A stretch of DNA of 64,000 nt, taken from assembly GCF_018350175.1 (NCBI RefSeq), contig NC_058368.1, positions 231,882,001 to 231,946,000 on the forward strand, read 5' to 3'. The notes below the pieces were generated by a model. It was given only the letters and a program-made list of their open reading frames with translations. It made no database searches and was not told the origin of the DNA. Every line of letters starts with the position of its first letter. Position 1 is the stretch's first letter. The stretch is from Felis catus. Its lineage: Eukaryota. This document shows, piece by piece, positions 11,421 through 24,580 of the stretch. The translations under genes were made by a program, and so were the position numbers.

Positions 11421-12995
11421 TTTAAATCTTCGGATTTTAAGACTTGACCCACTCCCAGTGGCTCATCTCTCCACGTTTGTTACCGTGGCTTTATACTCCT
11501 GTTCTGGAAGTGCTTCTCCACATTGCCTTTCTAACGTTTCCCTTTGTGCTGCAAGAACAACTTTCCATGGTGGACACATCTAGGATAGAACCTGAATCCT
11601 GCCGGGGTCACCATATGGCGGTTACCGGGGTCAGTTTCCTTCTGTCTCAGACCTACTGAGAACTTAGTATTTTCATGCATTGCATCAAATATGGAAGCCA
11701 AGAAATGAGGAAAGACCTCAGGAGTGCATCCTGCAAAAAGTAATAAGCATCTGTAGCCATATTGTGTAGAAGTCACGGAAAAGCACGTCTCACAAGAGAG
11801 CGGATGTGTTCCTGAAGAAGGTGAATAAGGCACGTGTAGGCAACACAAGATGATGGCATTCAGATAAACCGTTAACGAGAAGTCATACTGCGCCAGATGG
11901 CATTGCTTTCTAAGACTGCTTGCGCTCTTTCTCTAGAACTAGTTTACATGTAAATCTGCACCAAGAATTCTGGGATGGCTTTGACTTGAAAGTGACTCGA
12001 GATAATGGAGATATAAAGCCGTGACTCCAGGGCAATGGGGAAGGCGCCATTGCTCGCTGATCAAAGAGAGCACGTGCTCTTTTATTACAGCGATAAAACA
12101 TAATTAGAGCTAATTGTGGTGGAACGTGCCCACATAAGCCATTACAATTATTTTATTTCTAGTAAAGTAGCACCTATGCTACCTCACTAACTTCATCCCG
12201 TTTCTGACAGGAGTAGGCATTGATCGTTCCGTGAGGAATTGACACCCATTTCATTATCGGTGGTAGCAAACTCAAAGTAAGATCAGCTTTTAGCAAATAC
12301 CCGGTAATTATTTAATTTTAAACGATCTCTTGGCACAAGCCCATGCTTCAGTGTAGTCCCAGAGAGGGGCTTTCTGTAGGAACCATGATGATCCTGGGAC
12401 AGCGTGTGGAATGGGGGGCATGACTTCATTGTGATGGCGCACTCATGGATATTGAGGCCGATTTTGTTCTAGGATCTCATACCTGGGACCTGCTGTGCTG
12501 AAGCTTGCCATAGGCTTTGGCTTGTAAAAGCCTTTGCTTTAACGGATCTCATCCCCTTCTCAGCCTGGCTGCTTGCCATATTTGGCCCCAATCAGTAGGG
12601 GCACAACAAACACGCCCAGAGATTTCCCACCCCTGTCAGCCTCTCATCCCTTATTTTGATGCTGCAAGAGAGGCAGGGCCTTTACTTTCAACCCTGCCCC
12701 ATGAGGGTACACTTTGTTGTACATTAAATCCGGCCCCTCCTTAAATGGGACTCTTGACAGTGGTCTCTCTAAAAATTGGGCCATGTAAAATGTCCCATGA
12801 TAGTTATTTGCGGCCCAAACCAAAGTTTTCAAAAGGAGACCCTTCATATGGATGTTTCGTTTAAAAAAAAAAAAAACAACTGTTAGAACTTTATGTATTA
12901 ATACTTTTTATAGCAGTTAAATGTAGACATTAACAAAACGAGAAGTCAGATAATTTGTGTACCTTCTAACCAGTGGTTTAAAGTTAAAACAATTT

Positions 12996-13212
12996 GGGGC
13001 GCCTGGGTGGCGCAGTCGGTTAAGTGTCTGACTTCAGCCAGGTCACGATCTCGTGGTCCGTGAGTTCGAGCCCCGCGTCGGGCTCTGGGCTGATGGCTCA
13101 GAGCCTGGAGCCTGTTTCCGATTCTGTGTCTCCCTCTCTCTCTGCCCCTCCCCCGTTCATGCTCTGTCTCTCTCTGTCCCCCAAAAAATAAATAAAACGT
13201 TGAAAAAAAAAA
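12996..13212 (+). mobile_element. Young Can-SINE (SINEC_Fc), full length
   Basis: TSD ttaaagttaaaacaatt at 12978-12994 and 13213-13229. Confidence 0.97.
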
Positions 13213-14759
13213 TTAAAGTTAAAACAATTCGTGTGGTCTGCTAAAAGAGTCTCCTCATCACGGCTAATAGAAAATTAAATTTTTACAACTGAAGTGACCC
13301 TGTCTAGTGCTAGTTCCATCTTCAAATGATTCTAAAAGGAAGCCTGAATTATCTGGTCCCTTCTATTCTTTCCTCTGTAGCCATCATGTAAATTATTCTG
13401 GTTAGATGTGTTAATTTAATCGAAATTTTCTCATGAGGTTGAGAGCCCCTTCCCTTGTCCACGGTCCCATTTCTCTTGATACCTACTTATACTTTTTGGT
13501 GTTATTTTTGGCATGTTTCATCTGGCTCTGTCCTTGAGGAATGTAGAGAATAGCTGCTGGGGTGACAGTTAATCTACCAGGACAAATTTCTGACTGCTCA
13601 CTTTGAGACTCTCCTTATCATTGATCACTGAGATTATAAAGTAGGAAGTCAAAGACAGCGTGGAAGAAAAACCACGCTAACCATCCATGAGCTTGCGCCG
13701 TATCTCCTTGCGGCAATTAGAAAATAGACCGCTGTCTTAGCTTTAGGAATCTGGTCTTCCTGTCGGGAAAGTCTGCTGCAGAGGTATTTTGGGTGCCAAA
13801 TGCCAAGACTCTCCCTCTCTGGGGTCCTCAGGCTCAAGGTGCTGGGGCTCTGTGTGTGTGTGTGGGCACCGGCACGATGGCTGCTCTGCCTTCCTGAAGA
13901 GGGCGATTGAGTAACTCTCCTCCAAGGGCTTCGGGGAAGTGAGGAGTTTTAACAGCCTCACTGTGTAATCAGAAAGAGTTCTGACAACCTGATGCCTCTC
14001 CCCAAGGGGGAGACGAGGCAGGGATCCATCTGGCAGACTATTTCCTGTTCCCCCAAACAGTGAGGCTGTATCTGGGCTCTGCCCCTGGTAATTAGTGAAA
14101 ATCACTGATGGAGTGAGGTTGTAATTTGAAAGTTTGAGTCACAGAAATGTGAAGTGTAATTAAAACACCCCTGCACCACATGGATTTCTTCATTGGGTGA
14201 GCCACAGCCAATGAGCTCTCTGTTGAAAGCGAGATGATTTGGTCCTTTGGGAACCATAAAATGAGAGCTGGACCTGGGAGAGGAAGAGGGAAGTGGGCAT
14301 CCCATCCTTTGTCTGCCTGCCATGTGAGCTGTTTAGTCATTATTGTAGTGATATTAGATGTTTCCAGAACACTTCCCCACTCCCCAAGCTGTTGTATTTT
14401 TCTGCGCAAATAGAAGAGGAACAGTGAAGCTAACTCAGGCTTTTAGTTTTTCAGCCTTATGAACTTTGTTGTAGTTTTTTGTTCAGGAGAAATTACCAGG
14501 TGATGGATTTTGACTTCCATCGACAGTATGGGTATAGGAATGCTGAAGATGTTTGGGCATCAGGCTGTTACACCAGGCATAGGGGGTTAGGAACACAGGG
14601 AGGAAAGTCTTAAGTCTTTGGAGGAGGTCACAGGTTGAAAACTGAAGATAGGATAAAAAAAAATCCAACAAAATGCCCCTCATCATTCAGTTGACACTTT
14701 AATGTGATCCATTGATGGTATCAGTAGCAATATGGCGTCTCTGCTCAGGACCCACCAAT

Positions 14760-15160
14760 GACAGAGTGTCACCTGGCTTGGTCCTCGGTCCTCTTTGTCC
14801 TCATTGACCACTTTCTCCCTTGCTTCATCCTCCAGCCACGCTTGACAACATGCTCTTCCTTCAACTGCCAGGGGATGCCCATGGCTTTTGCCTTCCCTTC
14901 AGGAAGGTTCTGCCCCAACATCACCAGCTCAGGAACATTCTGCTGACTGCTCTGTCTGAGGTCACTCTGTCTCCTCACTGTCCTCTGTTCTTCCTGCTTG
15001 TTACCACCCACTGTTACATTAGGTATCTGTGTATTTATTGGTTTATTCTCTGTTTCCTCTCCTACATCCATCCTCCGTGAGAATGAGGACTTTGGCCTGC
15101 TGCTATTGCATCTCTGGAGCTGGCAGAAGTTTCTGGAAAACAGTAGAGGCTCCAGCATAT
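14760..15160 (+). mobile_element. L2 LINE 3' fragment
   Basis: Pyrimidine-rich L2-like text ending tgtatttattggtttattctctgtttcctc...tgagaatgaggactttg...cagtagaggctcc. Confidence 0.55.
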
Positions 15161-15225
15161 CTCAGTTGGGTATGGTGTTTGTTAAAATGAACACCTTTTG
15201 TGGAAACTGTGTATTTGTGAAAAAT

Positions 15226-15227
<2 letters not shown>

Positions 15228-15270
<43 letters not shown>
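15228..15270. repeat. (TG)n microsatellite
   Basis: TG run. Confidence 0.95.
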
Positions 15271-15271
<1 letters not shown>

Positions 15272-16164
15272 TTTAATAACATTAACATGGGGAAGATTGC
15301 AACTTACAATGTGTACCCACTTAATATCCTTACTAGTTAGCATGAGCTGTCATTGATTGGCCACTTTCTCCGTGCATGGTGGAACTCTGGACACCTGCTG
15401 TCTTAAATGATGCCAAGTGTTGGGGTTTGAAGAAACCTGTGACTTGAAATTAATCTGTGTCCTATGGCAATAAGCAGTTTCACAATACCCCTGGTGTCCG
15501 GGCAAGGAACTTTTCTATCTTGAGGCAAGAATGATGTCATTTTAAGAGTGGGACCCTTGTGCTTACTTTCATCCATTACTTGGTGTCCAGTGTTGGATGT
15601 GTTTGGTTATTATATGTTTTAAATATACACAGTTTTAGGATGATACTTAAAAAGCATGGGGATGGCCTCATGTGAATGTTCCAGCATTCAAGGTTAGCCC
15701 CGGGATGTCTAGGAATCTGCTGAGAGGCATATGGTAGTTGAGGGAACATCGGTGTTGGGGGTGCCTGGCTCCTGTGTTTGCTCTGCAATCCACCTGCCGG
15801 GAGCTTTGCCTGGGAATACCTAGTCTCTGAGGACACCAGCTCTCAGGAGCAGAACAGAGTGCTGTGAGCGTCCAAGAATAACCTGTGTCTGGGCACCTGG
15901 CTCCTTCCGTGTTCCCTACTGTGTGGAGCCCTCCCTTCTGCCCCAGCTCCATCTCGGGGTGCCTGTCGGGGAGGGCTTCTCTCCTGCAGACGGGCACCAC
16001 AGCCACCGTGTCAGGAAAGTCTCTTCTTTGTGAGGTGTGGAGACCGGGAGTGTCCCTCTTGCCCACAGTGAGTCCTGCAAATGGGTGAGAACATTCAAAA
16101 TGCTTTGAATTCTCTCTCTCTTGCTCACCTTCTGTGTTTCTTTAACTACTGGGAGGGTGGGGGG

Positions 16165-16367
16165 GGGGCGCCCCGGTGGCTCAGTCGGTTCCCTGACTCT
16201 TGATTTCGGCTCAGGTCATGATCTCATGGTTTGTGAGTTCAAGCCCCATGTCGGGCTCTGCACTGGCATTGCAGAGCCTGCTTGGGATTCTCTCTCCCTC
16301 TGTCTCTGCCCCTTCCTGGCTTAGGTTCTCTCTCTCTCTCCCTAAGACAAATAAACATTAAAAAAAA
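16165..16367 (+). mobile_element. Can-SINE, older subfamily
   Basis: Head, gactcttgatttcggctcaggtcatgatctc, (CT)n, A tail. Confidence 0.9.
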
Positions 16368-18249
16368 GTGATTCATAAATACTGGAAAGGCCACATGTGC
16401 TGTTTCCTTTCACTGACAGCTCTATCCCGGTGACTCACGTATCTCCTGTGTCATCGCTATTTGGGGAACGTACCATATGCAAAGCACAGTGCAGAGTGAT
16501 CAAGAAAAATGCCTTCTCTGGAGGAAAACTTTGCTGCCCTGGAGAGTAGAGTTGGGGTTTAGTGTTCTAGTGTCCCTTCGGAAAACCATGCGGGGAATCA
16601 AAGACCTGAACGAGATCTGCTGGTCCCTGACACCGCCCCTTTCCTACCCCCTCTCATCTTTGCTTCTTTCCTCTCCCCTTCTTCTTCCTCCCGTCTGCCC
16701 CCAGTTTGCACCCTTTGGGAGGGGCATTTCACGATAGAGTGGCCTCTGTGTCCTCCGGCCGCTGGTCTCTGGTCGATTTCAAAGACGTGACTTTGCAGTT
16801 GAGGGCTGCGGGGCAGGGCCCCCCACCAGGGCCGCGCGCTCCGGTTTCGCTGGGAGGGCGCCAAGTGCCAAGCCCAGCACGCGTTTGCAGGAGCAGGCCG
16901 GCTGACCCTCGAGGAAGCCGTGGAAACTCTGTAAGCCCAGGAGGCAGCGCGTTTAGAGGGACTCACGGCCGTGAGGGAGGCCAGGCCGGCTCCCTGCTAT
17001 TTCTGGCGTGAGGTTTTCCTGGGATGCCGTCAGCCCTGGCAGGCTCACCACGCTGTGCCTGTCTCTGTAACTTCAGATCCCGTGCGCTCGGGAACGCGGC
17101 TGGCACAGCCAGGCATTCTTACCTTGGGCCAAATGGTTCTTCTGACGCGCACATATTTCAATGGGGATGATTCTCAAATGGAAGGACAACTTGGTCTCTG
17201 CTGCACATAGGCGGTTGCTTCTGCTTTTATTTATCAGATGCTAAGCGTGCGTGCGCATGGTTCCTGTCCCGTATCGTATCTGCTACCGAGCAGTAACTCT
17301 ATTCTCCAGGGAAAATGGTCCATGCGGCGTGCAGGGAGGGGTTATTCCTTTTCTTCAGTCCTAAACGCAGACCCTTCAGATTGCTTCCACAATATTGTCA
17401 TTTTATGTAAAAAAGGTATTTAGGGCCAGAGAGTGAGAGTTGACTCAGAGGCCTCATGATTAGGTGTGTGTCTACTTTGGTTTCTGTAGTGGCTTGGCAT
17501 ATTTTAAGTACTGTTCCGATGCCCTGAAAAAAAATGCAGGTACTTGAATTGCATTACATGTTCAGTAATTCTGGTTGAATAGTCCAAAAATTGTGCACGT
17601 TACGCTTTCTATCAGTGGATTAACAGAAAGCTTTAGGTTTTCCTTTTGCAACAGTTTGGAAAATGTTTAGTTGCATCTACTGGAAATCTCAATTCATGGC
17701 AGATCAGCCAAGTAAGATCTGTGTTATTGTCATGTAGCATGCTGTGTGTCCAGGGCTGGTGGGGTGCCCTTGGGTGACTGTTGGGACCCAGGCTCCTTCT
17801 CGCGTTCTCTCAGCCATCTTCGGTGTGTGGCTTTTGTCTTTATGCCTGCTTGGCCTCTGAAGGGTGCAGGAAGCCCGCTCTGTGTCCCCTCTCCTGCAGC
17901 TGAGCGCCTGTGTCCCAGCAGGAAGGGGGAGGCAGCCTCAGTGTGCGTCTATTCCTGTTGGCAAACTCTCCTGATTCCCGGTTTGGCTTTTGGATGCTTT
18001 CCTTTGCCCACTTAGTATTTCTTTTCTTATTCTGCACATAGAGAAGCACCCAGAAGAGTGTGTGTCTGTGTCTGGGTATATATACTTTATAATAGAGTAT
18101 TTTATATACACACACTTTCTCATTCAGACACACATATGCGTATTTCCATATTTATCTTTAGAGTAAAAGATAACTTATCAGAAATTTAAGTTCTCTTATC
18201 TCAGCCTCCTACATTTTGAAATGTGAATATCCATGGATTTTCTTTCTCT

Positions 18250-18468
18250 TTCTTTTTTTAATGTGTATTTATTTTTGAGAGGGAAAGAGAAAGACAGAGC
18301 GTGAGAGGGGGAGGGGCAGAGAGAGAGAGGGAGACACAGAATCGGAAGCTGGTTCCAGGCTGTGAGCTGTCAGAGCAGAGCCAGAAGCAGAGCTCAAACT
18401 CACAAACCGCAAGATCATGACCTGAGCCAAAGTCAGACGCTTAACCGACTGAGCCACCCAGGCGCCCC
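18250..18468 (-). mobile_element. Can-SINE (SINEC_Fc family)
   Basis: Full body, TSD core tggatttt. Confidence 0.93.
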
Positions 18469-18963
18469 TGGATTTTATTTTTCTAGGGTATGTTACTAAA
18501 ATTCTAATAAAAGGTTAGAGCTTAAGTTGCGTTAGCAAACATTTCAACAGTTATATGAAGCTGCTAATATATTTTGTGAATCAAACGTGTTTTAATTGGA
18601 AAAACACTGTCTTGTATAGAAGGTTGCTAATTAATTTTTTCCATACTCTGTATTATATCATCATAAATCTCAAGAAAATCAGTGTAAGAAATTCTAGCTT
18701 CACACAGTGGCCATTAGAACAGTGTCTGGGGCTTTTTTCATGAAGGTAAGGATAGGCAATTCTCTCACTAGGGATTTGGTGTGATGTCTAATGAACAATT
18801 TAGCTTCTGAAGACATTGATGAAAGATTCTTATGGAGTAAAGATCCAGCTTAGAAGGGATGGGAGAAAGTGTACTTGACCCTAGACCACAAACATTTTCC
18901 TTTTCTGAAATGAATGCAGTGTGGGTAGAGCCAGGCCCCAGCCACAGCCCAAAGCTTGTGCAT

Positions 18964-19100
18964 AGGGTTGCCAGAGAGAGCAAATACTTTAGTGTAAGTA
19001 CGTCCCAAATGTTGCAGGGATATGGTTATGCTAAGACATTGTTCATTGTTTATCTGATACGCAAATTCAACTGGGGGTCTTGGATTTTGTCTAGCGCCCT
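18964..19100. mobile_element. MER53 hAT MITE (internally deleted)
   Basis: agggttgccaga...agtgtaagtacgtcccaaatgttgcagggat...ttgtttatctgatacgcaaattcaactggg. Confidence 0.75.
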
Positions 19101-20529
19101 CTACTCAGGGCACATCTGTGTGGGGCACTGTGCTGGCTTGGCCTGGATTAGCTCAGTGTAGTCGTTGGTGGTAGAGTGGTGATGCCTGGATCAGCCGAGA
19201 GAAAATGAGTATTTTTGGTTGTGTAACGAGGCGCACAGTGATGAGAGATGCGTATATTAAGAGCTACTGTGATTAAACCTTTGGGATAGTTGGTGTTTTT
19301 CCAGAAGGCACTTCACACGTGTCTTAGGAGCAGAAGTTGCCTTATCATTTGGAAAGAATTCGCTTCGGAAGCCTCATGGGGGATAGCGTCCGCCCCACTG
19401 TCATGATCAATATGTGGGGAATTTACAAATGATCGAGCCTGAACCATGTGTCGCATTTAATAATGTATTGTTAATAACACAAAATGAGTTGAGGATTAAT
19501 CAAAACTTTATAAACTGGTGCTAAATTAACTTAGTGATTTGCAACTGGCTCTGTGTGGTCGGCTTGTTGACAATAACTTATTAAAAAAATCGCAATTTCT
19601 TCTTAATTGCATGTGTGGTGCTGTAGGGTGATACAGAAGATATTAAAACATGAGTAACAGATGGATGCTTGCTAATGAGCTCCACATTCCATACATTCTC
19701 TTGTTACTGTTTTCCATTTATTTGTATACCTATTTCCGTAAAATATAACTTTCCTTTTTCCAGACACCACTAGCTTTGGCCTTTTTACTGTTTCTACATT
19801 TCTTACCTCAATTTCTTCTTGTTGCCTTACTGTGTGATGGAAGTTTCCCTGCTCCAGAATCCACTTGGAATTTGGTTTTTGTTATAAGTGGATGGAAGTT
19901 AATGATACGTAACTAGGTCGAAACGCTTGCAAGATAATGACAGTATTTGTGTACCGATGATTGTGGTTTTGTTGTTTATTTGCCATGGCTGTAGTTTCTT
20001 TGTTCCTAGTAATAAAAAAAAACAAAACTAATGAATCAAAGTGTCCATTCTGGACCATGAGAAAAGATGTCCTACATGAGCTTATTCGTAGGGCCTACCG
20101 TGCGTAAGGCATTGACATTCAGAAATACAGGAGGTCTTTCTCTGATTTCAAATAGGTTGCAGTTTAATGGGGAAAGAAGGGAACATATCCAGATAATTAG
20201 ATCAATGAGCCATTCTTCATGTTCCGTAGGGGGGCAAGTCTTCTTCGTGCCATTATTAATAGTACAATTTCTGTGATTTTGTGGTGCATTCGTTACCAAA
20301 TACACCCATCATTTCTATCCATTGCTTGCATTTTTTCTTTATTTGGCAGTTTTTCAGTAATGGGCATGACTAACAAGAGACTTTTTTTTAGTAATGGGAA
20401 GTTGACTTGGGTGGGGATAGAAACAGAATAAAGGGCCAACATATAAATATTGATGTTTTCACTAATTGTTTTTCAGTTGCCCCATAATGGTTTGTGAAAT
20501 CTTAAGAACAGTGGCACTTTCTAAAAAAA

Positions 20530-20734
20530 TTTTTTTAACGTTTATTTATTTTTAAGAGATAGAGACAGTGAACAGGGAAGGGGGCAGAGAGAAAGGGAGA
20601 CACAGAATCTGAAGCAGGCTGCAGGCTCTGAGCTGTCAGCACAGAGCCCGATGCGGGGCTAGAACCCACAAACCTTGAGATCATGACCCGAGCCGAAGCC
20701 AGAGGCTCAACCAACTGAGCCACATAGGCGCCCC
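20530..20734 (-). mobile_element. Can-SINE (SINEC_Fc family)
   Basis: Full body; diverged TSD aacagt..cactt. Confidence 0.93.
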
Positions 20735-23169
20735 AACAGTAACACTTCGGATTCCTGGGAAATCTCCTGGTGGTATTTGTTGGTGGGACAGTCATCCATT
20801 TTTGTGACCAACTGCTTCCCACTCCTTTGCTCCCCACCAGATGGCATCACGAAAGCGTGAGCATCCTTCCTACCCAAGGGAAGGGCTGGGACCTTTTCCT
20901 GTGCTTATGTTTACACCCACTGTTTTGCATTTACTCGTTTGATGTAGCATTATCATAATTGCAGCATGCATACATTTTCGTTACATTTCTTTTAGCTTGC
21001 AGTAACTCATCTATCTGTTGATAGAGTGGGTTCTGTAATTGTTAATCATATATACAAAACAAAAACAAAATACAAAACAAAAACATATGATAATGCTGCT
21101 GAATCCAGCCCAGCCAAAGGCATGCTAAACCATTGCCTTTCATGTTCATGGTTCAAGTCTGTCTCCAACATCCAGGCCTAGGTCATAATGGCCCCAGGCC
21201 TGAGACGTATTTTGGGTCAGAGTTGGTTATTATAGTACTTGTACGACATACCCATAAGAAATGAGCAGCTCCAGAGAATATACGCTCATCTACTGTTCCG
21301 GACTATTGTTCTCCCTGGTGTGATATTGCTGTCTGAGAAATAGACCCTTTGAGTCCCACATCTGCATCCTGGCTGTGACTCCGTGAGAATCCACAGAGTA
21401 GTCCGGAAAGAGTTGAAGCATAACAACCACTCTGTCTTTAAAAAAAAAAAAAAAAAAAAGTCTTAACTTCCAGAAAAGTGTACTAAGGTTTCTGACATTT
21501 ATTTCTGAACTGAAATAAAATATGGCAGGGTTTGTTGTAATTTTCTTAAAATAAATGGATGGATTGTGAATGAAAGTCGTGTTCCTCTAGGGTGGCATTG
21601 CCGTGTTTTAGAATCTTCATGTGTATTTATGATAATGATGCTCTCAAATGTATCATTGTAATTTTGTTGTTGTTCCAGAAACTCTTCGGTATAAAGGTAG
21701 CAAATACATCTTTGAGTGTGGGCCCAGGATTTGTTCTCTGTGGGCAGTGATTGCATCCAGTTTCAGGAAGTGGTTTCTCAATTCTGAATGAATGGATATT
21801 TCATCAGGGTTAATGTTGTATAAGCGTTGTAAGATGTGTTGGTTGATAGCAAGAAGCTTAGGAACGCTTGACACTTATTTCTGAGAATCCACCATCTGCC
21901 AGGATCTGGAAGGAAATATAGAAGCCAAGGCCAAGGCCAGGTACAGGAACACTTTGCTGGGCCTTTGCTCCAATCCCAACTTAGCCTCTACCCTCCAGTT
22001 CTCATTCCCCTCTACTTCTTCTCCTTCTGTCCTCAACTTCTTCTGAAGTTGCTAGATTAGAGACTAGATCCCAAAGCAGGCCAAGCCTTCTTCTTTCCCC
22101 ATTTCCCTGCAAACCTGTCTGAATCTTGACCTGACCCCTTCACTGTAGAGGAAAGGCCAACCCAAGAAAAAGATCACGCCAGCCTACATTCAAGAAGCAG
22201 TTACGGGAGTGCCGAGGACAGGCCAGCAGCTCCCCAGCGCCCAGGACTTCTCTGGTTTAAGGGCTGACACTTGGCTTCTCCGGCTGTGGGAATTCAGGCA
22301 GGCTGCTGGTGCTCATCTTGGTTCCCGACCGGGGTGAGAGAACCCGAGAGCCCACTCCTCACCCAGATGGACGCCTGCCCCCGTTTTCCCTCTTTCCCAT
22401 CTCTTTACCTCTCTGACCTAATGGGAAAGAAGCACTCTCATAGAACACAGTGAGGCATCTATTTCCTGGAACACAACTGTCTAAAAACGCCTTTGAACTT
22501 GAGCACTGTCTCGCACATGAGGAAGGAAGGATGGCTGGGAGGAGCCTTGGGCGTCCTGAGCGAGCATCCCTCACCTGTTCAGTGTCTGCTCATTCCTGAG
22601 TGAGGGGTCAGGGCTGAGGGATCCAGGGCAGTCCACTGCACGTATAAGGCGATCGTGAATACCGGGGAAAGTAGAATGGTAGGAAGTGGTTCTCTCCAGG
22701 TATGTCAGTTACACATCAGGTTTTTTATGATGTCAATAGAAAAATGTGTCTGAGCAATAGAGACATTAAAGGTGCAGAATGACTCAATAATTGAAAAGTC
22801 AGCTGTTCTCTTTCTGTTGAGGTGGCCAAAGGGACAGATAAGTCAACATTACTGGTGGCTCCCATTTGGAGTTCAAGGTACTACGGTGACTTAACGGGAC
22901 CTCAGTGGGTATGTTGTCCCTCCGTCTCCCTGCAGTTAACTTCGGATGGCGTCTTTGTGTTCATTCCTGTTTCCAGCTTTGCCTGCTTGGTGATCCCAAC
23001 AATTAGCGTGTAATTTATCGAGTTAGAATACAGTAGAGTGCATCTGCCTTTGGGCGCCAGCCAAGAGTCAAGCTGGCCACTGTCAGATGAGGAAAGAGGG
23101 TCCAACGTCTACCTCCTGTGGTTTTAGTGAGAAATTAACGAAGGCAAATCAGCCCGGTGGTTGAGAGCA

Positions 23170-23380
23170 GCCGCAGCTTGGAAGAGAGAGGCTCATGGCT
23201 GAATCAGTGCTCCTCACTTTTTAGCTGTGTGACCCCAGGCAAGGTACGGACTTTTGTGGCCCCTGCTCCTCTTCTGTACAATGAAGACGATAACGGCGCA
23301 TCCTTTTGGGGTCTCTTGAAGATGGGGTCACCACCTGTAACATGCTTGCTTGCCTGGTGTCTCAAAGCGCTGGTGAAAAC
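23170..23380 (+). mobile_element. MIR SINE relic
   Basis: tagctgtgtgaccccaggcaaggt...cttctgtacaatgaagacgataa. Confidence 0.6.
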
Positions 23381-23704
23381 TAGCAAACACAGTCTACGTT
23401 ATGAACCTTCCTTCACATGTCACCGGAGTATCCTGGGCCCCTCGACCCGAAGTCTCAAACATCGTGAGGTGCGCCCAGTTACTGAGATGTCTGCGTTCTG
23501 GCTGCTTCCTCCGTCCTTGCTGCTATGGCAGACTCCACTCCCAAGTGAGGGCGTCCAAACATTGTGGGCTCTGTCTGAAAATATCCTGGGAAGGCAGCAG
23601 GCATCAAAATACGTACGGCTCTTTCTGTTTTAAATAAAAAGATACTTGAGCATAATGATTTTTGAGGCGGTATGAACAATGGTGATGCTTTTCTCGCAAA
23701 ACCA

Positions 23705-23778
23705 ATATATATATATATACACATACACACACACGTATATATATACGTATATATATATACACACGTATATATACGTAT

Positions 23779-23809
<31 letters not shown>
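23705..23809. repeat. Compound (TA)n/(CA)n alternating purine-pyrimidine tract
   Basis: Directly visible. Confidence 0.9.
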
Positions 23810-24369
23810 GGCTGGTTAAATATATATAGGCTGGTTACCGTTAGGAGCTCGTCATTCTCCGTCATGTGTGAAAGCTGATTGTTTCTATATCATTCGGGCT
23901 TCGCTGGCTCCTAAGTGTTTCAGAGAGAAATATCATGTCCCTATAAGTCTCTAATACGCTAACCTAAAGGGGGAAAGCAAAATGGTACCATATGATACTC
24001 TCTAATAAGGCAGTGCATTTAGGAGACCGTACCAGATTAACTAATTTAAAAGACAAATATTGGATTGGTATGCAAGGCTATTTTAAGGCCTTTTTATTCA
24101 TGCATATTAAAACACAAATGAGCAGTGATTATCTCAAATAGGCTGCTTGGAATATTGTCCTTGCTGGTAGCTGGTTGCAGACCGTGTGTGGTTTTATGGG
24201 CTTTACAGATACCCTCATGGACTGATCTGTAAATTATGGAAATGGATACCTAACAATAAAAAGTGAAGGATCCAAGCAGTTCGTGCAAGACCCAGCCTTC
24301 CTCAGGTAACTTAACGAATACTCCAGGACAATGGTTTTGGCTTGGCTTCTAGCGGGCAGGCTGGCGTGT

Positions 24370-24580
24370 TGAATGGACAGAACCTATGCTTCGGATTTTA
24401 ACGTCTCTGAATTTCAAGTTTGACCCTGCCACTTACTAGCTGGGCTGAATGGGACATGTTGTCCGATGTGAAAAATGCATATAATAATATTTATCTTGGC
24501 TATATTCGCTGCACCGTCAGTGTGAGAGGCATAGCTGCTTCAAAACAGGGTCATGGCCTTGGTAGATAGTCTAGGTAGAC
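24370..24580 (+). mobile_element. MIR SINE relic
   Basis: gaatttcaagtttgaccctgccacttactagctgggctga...tgtgaaaaatgcatataataata. Confidence 0.6.

Noticed and set aside
21160..21430. Possible very old LTR 3' end
   Set aside because: Resemblance too vague to assign without an HMM search.
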